From assembly GCA_964016885.1 (NCBI GenBank), contig OZ024763.1, positions 20,336,001-20,400,000 of the forward strand: DNA of 64,000 nucleotides, in the 5' to 3' direction. This document shows, piece by piece, positions 54,960-64,000 of the stretch. Numbering within the stretch: the first letter of the stretch is position 1; every line of letters starts with the position of its first letter. The position numbers were made by a program, and so were the translations under genes. The notes under the pieces were generated by a model. The model saw only the letters and a list, made by a program, of their open reading frames with translations, searched no databases and was not told where the DNA came from. Origin of the DNA: Eledone cirrhosa. Its lineage: Eukaryota.

Positions 54960-56695
54960 CCCTTTAAGCATTTAAACTGGCCAGAATTCTCTCACCTCTT
55001 TCTGTTCAAACCAGCTGTAACTGGCCACTCATACTGATGTTAAGGTATTGTTCTCAAAATAAATAACATCAAAATCTCATAGATTCAATATTATGTGAGG
55101 TAAAGCCTTTACCATGAAAATACAATAGTATATATAGAGTAATGTAAATGTTATGTGAGATATTATGTGAGGTAAAGCCTTTACTGTGAAAATACAATAG
55201 TATATATAGAGTAATGTAAATGTTATGTGAGATATTATGTGAGGTAAAGCCTTTACTGTGAAAATATAATAGTATAAATAGAGTAATGTAAATGTTATGT
55301 GAGATATTATGTGAAGTAAAGCCTTTACTGTGAAAATATAATAGTATAAATAGAGTAATGTAAATGTTATGTGATATATTATGTGAGGTAAAGCCTTTAC
55401 TGTGAAAATATAATAGTATAAATAGAGTAATGTAAATGTTATGTGAGATATTATGTGAGGTAAAGCCTTTACTGTGAAAATACAATAGTATATATAGAGT
55501 AATGTAAATGTTATGTGAGATATTATGTGAGGTAAAGCCTTTACTGTGAAAATACAATAGTATATATAGAGTAATGTAAATGTTATGTGAGATAATTATG
55601 TGAGGTAAAGCCTTTACTGTGAAAATATAATAGTATATATAGAGTAATGTAAATGTTATGTGAGATATTATGTGAGGTAAAGCCTTTACTGTGAAAATAC
55701 AATAGTAAATATAGAGTAATGTAAATGTTATGTGAGATATTATGTGAGGTAAAGCCTTTACTGTGAAAATATAATAGTAGATATAGAGTAATGTAAATGT
55801 TATGTGAGATATTACGTGAGGTAAAGCCTTTACTGTGAAAATACAATAGTAAATATAGAGTAATGTAGATGTTATGTGAGATATTACGTGAGGTAAAGCC
55901 TTTACTGTGAAAATACAATAGTAAATATAGAGTAATGTAAATGTTATGTGAGATATTACGTGAGGTAAAGCCTTTACTGTGAAAATACAATAGTAAATAT
56001 AGAGTAATGTAAATGTTATGTGAGATATTACGTGAGGTAAAGCCTTTACTGTGAAAATACAATAGTAAATATAGAGTAATGTAAATGTTATGTGAGATAT
56101 TATGTGAGGTAAAGCCTTTACTGTGAAAATATAATAGTATATATAGAGTAATGTAAATGTTATGTGAGATATTATGTGAGGTAAAGCCTTTACTGTGAAA
56201 ATACAATAGTATATATAGAGTAATGTAAATGTTATGTGAGATATTATGTGAGGTAAAGCCTTTACTGTGAAAATATAATAGTATATATAGGGTAATGTAA
56301 ATGTTATGTGAGGTAAAGTCTTTACTGTGAAAATACAATAATATATATAGAGTAATGTAAATGTTATGTGAGATATTATGTGAGGTAAAGCCTTTACTGT
56401 GAAAATATAATAGTATATATAGGGTAATGTAAATGTTATGTGAGGTAAAGTCTTTACTGTGAAAATACAATAATATATATAGAGTAATGTGAATGTTATG
56501 TGAGGTAAAGCCTTTACTGTGAAAATACAATAGTATATATAGAGTAATGTAAATGTTATGTGAGATATTATGTGAGGTAAAGCCTTTACTGTGAAAATAT
56601 AATAGTATATATAGGGTAATGTAAATGTTATGTGAGGTAAAGTCTTTACTGTGAAAATACAATAATATATATAGAGTAATGTGAATGTTAAAGGG
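54960..56695. mobile_element. piggyBac-type MITE inflated by an internal minisatellite
   Basis: TTAA|CCCTTTAAGCATTTA ... TGAATGTTAAAGGG|TTAA: TTAA target duplication and CCC/GGG inverted ends. Confidence 0.8.
55088..56688. repeat. 72-bp (and 60-bp variant) minisatellite
   Basis: Unit ttatgtgaggtaaagcctttactgtgaaaatacaatagtatatatagagtaatgtaaatgttatgtgagata. Confidence 0.92.
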
Positions 56696-56723
56696 TTAAT
56701 ATGAGGACATAGTACTTTAAGTC

Positions 56724-56887
56724 AGTCATAGGCAAACTGCAGCCCGCAAACCACATGCGACCCATTTGGCTTTCTGAATGGCATGCCTAATTTCAAAATT
56801 ACCTCAAATTTTTTAGTAGTGTCACCCCTCCTTATGATGAGCCACATTCTATATGGCTGACTGGTAGAAAAAGGTTTCCCATGCCTT
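56724..56887. mobile_element. hAT (Charlie/MER30-like) MITE, degenerate
   Basis: cagtcataggcaaactgcagcccgcaaaccacatgcgaccc ... aaaaaggtttcccatgcct. Confidence 0.6.
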
Positions 56888-57177
56888 CTTTAAGTTAATA
56901 CAAAGACATGGCACAAGTAATTAAAATATTTCAGATTATATTTTAAGTCAAGCCACAAGGAAGAATGTTGTTTGGCATTTGGAAGATTAACAGAGAAATC
57001 CTATTTGGAATGTCAACACTGTTCCCTTTGCTAGCAAGGAAAGCAGCCATTAAACGACGATGATGATGATGATGATGATAATATTGCTGTAGTGTACTGC
57101 AGAGAGTTAGTTGTAAACAGATATTTCTTGCAGTAAGACCAACATATGTCATAGAAATATTCTGATTTATTTCAATC

Positions 57178-57232
57178 ATGAAAACTCCAGCTATCATCTT
57201 CATTTTGATTATTTTCATCAAATGTATTTCAG
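57178..57232 (+). CDS. First coding exon (signal peptide) of a secreted chitin-binding peritrophin-A/CBM14 protein
   Basis: ATG, MKTPAIIFILIIFIKCIS, then G|gtaagg phase-1 donor that joins in frame to the exon at 62421. Confidence 0.8.
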
Positions 57233-57339
57233 GTAAGGACATTTTTTTTTTTCAATTTTGCTTTTATAAGTATGGATGTGCATGTGTGTGTATATATATA
57301 GTATATGTGTATATATATATATGATGATGATGATGATAT

Positions 57340-57550
57340 TTCATCAAAGGTGCATGTATAGTACATAGAATAATGTACAAATGTCAGGAAAATGAACAGT
57401 GTACGAGTCATGATATAATAACAATAACAATAATGAAATATTGTGTACAGTGCCCAGGTGCACCACAACTCATCAAAAAAGTGCATGTACAGTACATAGG
57501 GCAATGCACAAACATCAGTAAAATGAACAGTGCACGAGTCATGATACACA
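57340..57550 (-). mobile_element. Isolated copy of the CR1 3' UTR
   Basis: Near-identical to 59018-59228. Confidence 0.8.
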
Positions 57551-57551
57551 C

Positions 57552-57900
57552 GTTTTACGTCCGTTCTTCCACGCTAGCATGGGTTAGACGGGTTGTCCTG
57601 TTGTGGGCAGTGTCTGGTCGGCTGACCATGCCTTGCTCATACAGGAACTGATCTGGCTTGATTTCTACAGCTGGATGCCCTTCCTAACACCAACCTCATT
57701 TACAGTGAGTGCTGGGTGCTTTTTCGTGGCGCCTACACGTCCACTTTACAGTGTGGGCTGAGTGCTTTTTTGCTGTGGCACCTCAACGACCACCTTGCGG
57801 TGGGGGGTGTGGGGGCATATTGTTTATATGCTTCAGCATGTACCCATGGGAGGTCGGGTACTCTGTATTACTGCGTGACGCCAGAAGTCACGGTCGTGTG
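57552..57900 (-). mobile_element. SINE 3' part (same family as 761-1098)
   Basis: ggcttgatttctacagctggatgcccttcctaacaccaacctcatttacagtgagtgctgggtgct. Confidence 0.75.
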
Positions 57901-57917
57901 TCATATATATATATCGT

Positions 57918-57951
<34 letters not shown>

Positions 57952-58145
57952 CATTATCGTTTAACATCAATCTTCCATGCTAGCATGGATAGAACGGATA
58001 TTGGATTGGCAATCGCTCTGTAATAATCAGCTCCTGATTATTACTGGTATTCTATAAGAATCCAGCTTCTATAATTTTTGGCGGAAGCAGGGGGTGCGTG
58101 GCTCTGATGATCGCCAACCAGCGTGACACAGACTTTATACATATG

Positions 58146-58505
58146 AGGGCGGTGGATTGGCAGTATCGGTAGAGGGTTGGACGCCATGTTAGGGCGGTGG
58201 ATTGGCAGTATCGGTAGAGGGTTGGACGCCATGTTAGGGCGGTGGATTGGCAGTATCGGTAGAGGGTTGGACGCCATGTTAGGGCGGTGGATTGGCAGTA
58301 TCGGTAGAGGGTTGGACGCCATGCTTTGCAGCATAGAGTGATGGCCCTTTATGATAGGAGTTCAAATCCTGCCGAGGTTAACTTTGCCTTTCATCCTTAC
58401 GGGGTCGAGATAAAATAAAGTACCAGTCATGCACTGGGGTCGATTTAATCGACTTTCCCCTCCCCCAAAATTGCTGGCCTTGTGCTTATATAAGAAACCA
58501 TTATT
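58146..58505 (+). mobile_element. Meta-like SINE with its 45-bp head repeated four times in tandem
   Basis: agggcggtggattggcagtatcggtagagggttggacgccatg at 58146, 58191, 58236 and 58281. Confidence 0.9.
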
Positions 58506-58522
58506 AATTTATACATATATAT

Positions 58523-58765
58523 TGATGACGATGATGATGGTAATGATGGTGGTGGTGGTGGTGGTGGTGGTGATAAGGAGGATGACGATGATGATGGTAA
58601 TGATGGTGGTGGTGGTGGTAGTGGTGGTGATAAGGAGGATGACGATGATGATGGTAATGATGGTGGTGGTGGTGGTGGTGGTGGTGATAAGGAGGATGAC
58701 GATGATGATGGTAATGATGGTGGTGGTGGTGGTGGTGGTGGTGATAAGGAGGATGACGATGATGA
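58523..58765. repeat. 57-bp compound (GAT/GGT) repeat x4
   Basis: Direct reading. Confidence 0.9.
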
Positions 58766-58968
58766 CCAAAACTTTACAGTAATCTTTAACAAAAATTAAT
58801 TTCAATGAACATTGTTATATTTGGGGAAGGTCATGTGGAAGGGCCAGAAAAATATAGTAAAACACACTCGCTGTTTGGTTTGGTTTTTGTTTCAATATAT
58901 CTTTATATTTCTATAAACAATTCAGTTTACAATCAATGTTTCCTCCTGTTGTGTTCCTGTAATGTTTT

Positions 58969-61900
58969 AAATAATAATAATGAAATTATTGTGTACAGTG
59001 CTCAGGTGCACTACAACTCATCAAAGGTGCATGTATAGTACATAGAATAATGTACAAATGTCAGGAAAATGAACAGTGTACGAGTCATGATATAATAACA
59101 ATAACAATAATGAAATATTGTGTACAGTGCCCAGGTGCACCACAACTCATCAAAAAAGTGCATGTACAGTACATAGGGCAATGCACAAACATCAGTAAAA
59201 TGAACAGTGCACGAGTCATGATACACACATGTGTACATGTGTATGGAAGGGGTACATCAGGTGTAGTTTTGGCGTATTTCGGGAAGCATGAGTGTCTTAA
59301 AGGATGCAGTGTCTCGGCAGCTAACAATTGACGCAGGCAGTTTGTTCCATGCTTCAGCAACTCTGAGCGTGAAAAAATGTCTACGAAAGTCATGGGAGCT
59401 GTGCTGTTTTCTGATCTTGTAGGCATGTCCACGTGTGTTAGACACATGGAGATCAAAGAGGCGCTCAGGGTTGCAATTGGCGAGATGGTTAAAAACTTTG
59501 TGGGTATTCACCAAGTCCATTGCCAGACGTTGGAGCTTCAATGAATCCATGCCCGGGGAAGCAAGGCGTTCAGAGTATGGTAGGTGTCTGATGGAGGGTA
59601 TGCGCTTGGTTGCACGTCTCTGAACAGTTTCCAGGAGGTCAATGTTCTGAGCAAGATAGGGGTTCCAGACTGATGATGCGAATTCCAAGTGTGGTCGTAC
59701 CATAGCTGTTTACAGTTTTAAATAGATGGCTGGAGAGCGGCTAACAAAGGTCTTGCTGAGTGATGCCAAGACACCCTCGGCCTTCTTGGCAATCTTAGAG
59801 ACATGCTTTGTCCAACGCAAATCGTTGCTGACAGTAATGCCCAGGTCACGTTCACAAGAGGACTTTTTGATATCAGTGTTGTGGAGGGAGTATGTGGACG
59901 CTGGATTTTTCCTTCCAAAATGCATGGTGGTACACTTGTCCACAGCCAGCTTCAGTTGCCAGTCTGTGATCCATTGCTGCATTGTGTCCAGGTCTGATTG
60001 TAGGAAAGAGTTGTAGATTTCAGGATCAGTCCTTTTGATTTCAAGGTACAGCTTGATGTCATCTGCATATTTTAGTACCGTGGCATTCTGTAAGTTGGCA
60101 TCTATGTCGTTAATATATGCCACAAACAAAAGAGGACCAAGAACAGATCCCTGTGGTACACCAGATGACATCTCATATGGTGAAGAATGCTGTCCTAGAA
60201 CCGTAACTACTTCTTTTCGGCTGAGAATGAAGGATTTCAACCAGTCGAAAAGATCATCCCTCACACCCATTGCAGAGAGTTTTGCCATAAGTCTTTTGTG
60301 TGGCACAGAATTAAAAGCCTTAGCAAAGTCAAGGTAAACAACATCCACCCATGAGCCGCTGTTAGTGATCCTCTTCAAGGAACTCGATAAGCTGATCACA
60401 GCAGCTGGAGTTAGGGATAAATCCAAACTGTGAGGGCCGGATGAGGCTGTGAGAGCTCCAGAAGTTCCAAAGTGTTTCTCTGACACAGGATTCCATCAGT
60501 TTGGCAATACAGCTAGTAAGACTGACTGGACGATAGTTGACAGGTGACATGCGGTTGCCCTTTTTGAACAGGGGAATGACACTGGCAGTTTTCCACTGCT
60601 CCGGAGTAGCACCATTGTTGAGACAGTATTGAAAGAAGAAAGAAAGCTGGCGCAAAAGGAAATACCCGCCACGTTTGAGAAGCAGGTATGTCACACCATC
60701 AAGACCAGGGGAGGCATAGTTGCGCTTATTCTTAAGGTGACGTCGCAACATTGCAGGTGTAAATTCCATAGTTGTTATGGAATTTGATGTTAGAGATGGT
60801 GGAGATGGTACATTCTGGTTTTCAACAGTAAAAATACTTGCATAGCACTCAGCAATGAGTTCTGCGCATTCCTTGGGATCGTCAGTGATCTGGCTTGTGT
60901 GGGGATTGCGAAGAGGACCAACTGGAGAGTGAGGTCTCTGCTTTGAATGAACATATTTCCAGAACACCTTACTGTCAGGATTGGTTGCGATGCACTGTTC
61001 AAATTCAAGCACTGCCTTCTTTGTCACTTGCTTGAGATGGTTAGAAGATTTATTCCGCTTTTTTCTGTTGGCATCTGATCTATGCAGTTTATATTCCCGT
61101 TCAGCGTTCCGACGTTCTTTCCTGGCAAGTCGGACCGCTGAAGTTTCCCAGATTGCACTTTTGGGGTGGTTATTTTTCCGCTTCCGTGGCACTGATGCTG
61201 CACATGCTATCCATATTGTGTCCAGGATGCTCTGGAGTATAGAGTTCACATCTCCAGAGTTATACATCTCATGCCAGTTTGGGCACTGTAGCTCAGTGCA
61301 GTACAAGTTCCAATCCGCCCTCTTTCAATCAAAGCAAGCAGATTGGAGATGGCTCTGGTTTTTGTTGCTGCCCTCAAGTGCCAGATTGGCAATGATCATA
61401 GCATGATCAGAGTCGCCTAGAGGTTCCTCAGTAGTACAACTGATAACCACTTCAGGAGTAGTGGTGAAGATCAGGTCCAAAGTGTTGTCACCTCTTGTTG
61501 GAGAGGTGACTACTTGTGACCAGTTTGAGTCCAGCACTAGTTCAAGGAAATCGTTTGCACCTTGTGGCCAACGAAAGGTTTCCCAATCGATCTCTGGATG
61601 ATTGAAGTCACCTGCAATAAACACATAAGTGGCTGTTTTCTTGGCAGCAACTCTGAGGATATCGCAAAGCTGTGTGTCCTGGTGGTAGTTTGGGGGGCGA
61701 TAAACAACACCAAGCAGAAGTGTTGACATGGTCATACGTATGTCACAGAAAAAAACTTCTTCTTGTGATTCGTTCAAATCAACGCAAGGAATTACCGAAA
61801 AGTTTGAACGAACGTAGACCATCACACCACCCCACGGCGGTTAATGCGGTCCTTGCGGAAAAGGTTGTACCCAGTAATGCTGAAAACCCCATCACAGAGT

Positions 61901-62370
61901 AAGGAATGTGCCCATGTTTCCGTGACTGTGATGAAGTCAGGGTCGATGCTTCTGACGTAGGATTCGAACAGATGTATCTTGTTGCATAAACTGCGAGCAT
62001 TTAAGGACAACAATTTGTACCCTGCTCGCAGTTTGTGATGGTGTGTAGAGGGTGGCAGGTTGTTCTGGTTTAGTTTCCCAGAGTTGTAGCAGTTTTTACA
62101 TTGCCAGTTATTGTGGGTAGATCACACTCAGACCAGCTGGTATCTCTCTTCCACGTTTCACCAGCCTTGACAAACCTCCAGATCTGCCCATCATCACGCA
62201 GACTAAAACTTTCATCTTGTGCTGAGTTCCGATTCAAGGAAGCTGCAGCACGTAGCTTTGGACGTACATGGGGTGGTAGGCCTGGGCGTGTTCGGAAGGT
62301 AATCCGATTTTCACGCCCAGCTTTAGCAGAGGCCAGATGATATGAGGTTGCCTCTGCGGGGTCCGTTTTC
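58969..62370 (-). mobile_element. 5'-truncated CR1-type LINE: ORF1 C-terminus, frameshifted APE-RT ORF2, duplicated 3' UTR, (ATT)n tail
   Basis: APE motifs LNARSL, TETW, GDFN and SDH; RT motifs YRPVSLTS, YLDFAKAF, GVPQGSVLGPLLF, YADD; CR1 C-terminus VRPHLEFASSVWNP...TRGH...WNKLP. Confidence 0.95.
59257..62020 (-). pseudogene. CR1 ORF2 (endonuclease-reverse transcriptase) broken by about 4 frameshifts
   Basis: Consecutive ORF pieces 61822-62013, 61325-61825, 60362-61306, 59710-60360 and 59257-59703. Confidence 0.92.
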
Positions 62371-62420
62371 TTATTCTATTTTATTTATTTATTGCCATCA
62401 CAATTTCAATAATGTTTCAG

Positions 62421-62631
62421 CTCAAAGAAGTTTTACGACACATTTAAGTAAACATGTTCAAACCACACATTCTCCTGGGAAAACAGATAAAAGCTCTCTG
62501 TGTATCGACAAAGAGAATGGTTTGTACATTGGAGGATGTACTTGGTTCTACCGATGTAAAGATGGCGAGACTGTGAATATACCCTGTCCTCATGACCTCA
62601 TTGTGAATAAGCTACAAATGTATTGTGATTA
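62421..62631 (+). CDS. Second coding exon of the chitin-binding peritrophin-A (CBM14) protein
   Basis: tttcag| ... TA|gtaagt. Encodes QRSFTTH...LCIDKENGLYIGGCTWFYRCKDGETVNIPCPHDLIVNKLQMYCD, five Cys with ChtBD2 spacing. Confidence 0.88.
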
Positions 62632-62658
62632 GTAAGTAATTGTTTTTTTTTTATTTTG

Positions 62659-63024
62659 GAGGCACATGGCTTAGTGGTTAGAGCATTGGCCTTGCAATCG
62701 AAAGGTTGTGAGTTCAATTCTCAGACCGGGTGATGTGTTGTTTCCTTGAGCAAGACACTTTATTTCACATTGCTCCAGTTTACTCAGCTCTAGGGGTCCC
62801 TATCATTCCACTGCAAAGTGGTCGTGGAGGTGCCACGACAAAAAAGCACCCAGCCTACACTGTAAAGTGGACGTGGAGGCGCCACGGAAAAAAAGCACCC
62901 ACCAGTCACTGTAAATGAGGTTGGTGTTAGGAAGGGCATCCAGCTGTAGAAATCAAGCCAGAATCAGTTCCCGTCCCACCCTTGCAAGCAGGGAACAGCG
63001 GACGTAAAAATGATGATGATGATG
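62659..63024 (+). mobile_element. Full-length CORE-like tRNA SINE with (TGA)n tail
   Basis: ggaggcacatggcttagtggttagagc...gagttcaattctc...ccttgagcaagacacttt...ggacgtaaaaatgatgatgat. Confidence 0.88.
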
Positions 63025-63074
63025 ATATATATACACACACAAACACACACATAATATATACATAATATATATAA

Positions 63075-63225
63075 TTGTTTCTACTTTTGGCACAAGGCCA
63101 GCAATTATCCCAGTACATTACTGGTACTTTATTTTATTGACCCCATAAGGATGAAAGGCAAAGTGAACCTTAGCGGGATTTGAACTCAGTTCATAAAGGG
63201 GCATAACTCTATGCTGCAAAGTATG
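63075..63225 (-). mobile_element. Meta-like SINE
   Basis: Similar to 9218-9407. Confidence 0.8.
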
Positions 63226-63252
63226 CAGTTACGGCCCTATATAATACACACA

Positions 63253-63292
<40 letters not shown>

Positions 63293-63774
63293 TAAGTATG
63301 TATACGTACATACATATATGTATACAGACGTACAGTAATATGTATATATATATATATACATACATGCACACATATATATATGTACGTATGGATTCACCGA
63401 ACATTTATTATAATGCTCGGTGTGTTTGTAAACAAACATCCCGTATTAAGCCGTAGTGTCTAGCAACCATCGTTGCTCGTTTGTTCAACACTGACAAAGG
63501 TGATAGCGTGACTAAGGTGCTGGAATAACCAAGTACCCTCACCAGGAGCACAACTTGATACCTCGAGAAGGCGAGGTGATAGCGTGACTAAGGTGCTGGA
63601 TTAACCAAGTACCCTCACCAGGAACACGACTTGTAACCTCGGTTAAGTGAGCTGTCAACAATGACAAGAACGTCATCGTCAGCAACTCAGCTCCCATAAA
63701 CAAAACTCCAAGCTTGCCAACTTGTGTGTTCCTTACTTCAGATACCGTTCATCACCCAAAACACTTAATACTCA

Positions 63775-63903
63775 GAAAAATTGTTCGTGAATCCATTCGT
63801 TTGTGAACCAATTTGTTTGAGATGAGAGCCATTCGTGAATCAATTCGTTTGTCAACTAATTTGTTTGTGACAAGAGGCGTTCATGAACCGAGGTCCCACT
63901 GTA
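63775..63903. mobile_element. Tigger/pogo-like terminal fragment
   Basis: Subterminal ttcgtgaa repeats ending cgaggtcccactg|ta. Confidence 0.5.
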
Positions 63904-63965
63904 TTTATCTGATAAACTAGGTTCATGGAATATTTCCCACATTATATATTTTTTCTTCTTTCCAG

Positions 63966-64000
63966 CCATGACAAAGTCGACCCTCCCTGTGGTACAGCTC
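63966..64000 (+). CDS. Third coding exon (runs off the window) of the chitin-binding protein
   Basis: ttttcttctttccag| acceptor. Phase 2 completes TAC, giving (Y)HDKVDPPCGTA, which supplies the sixth Cys of the domain. Confidence 0.85.

Noticed and set aside
55069-56662. Repetitive 162-aa and 359-aa ORFs
   Set aside because: Minisatellite with unit lengths divisible by three; no coding signal.
62659-62730. tRNA gene
   Set aside because: The tRNA-like head continues into a SINE body and tail; the same applies to the other A/B-box hits.

Overview
AT-rich, repeat-saturated animal genomic DNA. The SINE families present and the heavy (TA)n/(CA)n load resemble an octopod cephalopod (inference). 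Almost all entries in the ORF track are microsatellite or satellite artefacts. One host gene can be built by hand: a secreted chitin-binding (peritrophin-A/CBM14) protein on +, with exons 57178-57232, 62421-62631 and 63966->64000. Its first coding intron holds an antisense, frameshifted CR1-type LINE. Other mobile DNA: a complete non-autonomous LTR element (49369-52111, AGTT target duplication, tRNA-Trp-like PBS), RTE, Tx1-like and Tc1/mariner remnants, piggyBac, hAT, Tigger and Helitron-like non-autonomous elements, many tRNA-derived SINEs, and several satellites, two of which expanded inside single transposon copies. The most striking signal is about 20 short fold-back (palindromic) inserts from at least 10 unrelated sequence families, nearly all embedded in (TA)n tracts. 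Many carry recognisable type I hammerhead ribozyme cores (CUGANGA...GAAA...UH), with stem covariation between copies and several non-canonical variants. This fits heavily truncated Penelope-like pseudo-LTR/inverted-pLTR insertions or retrozyme-like non-autonomous elements that favour TA microsatellites. All coordinates were read by eye and may be off by a few bases.
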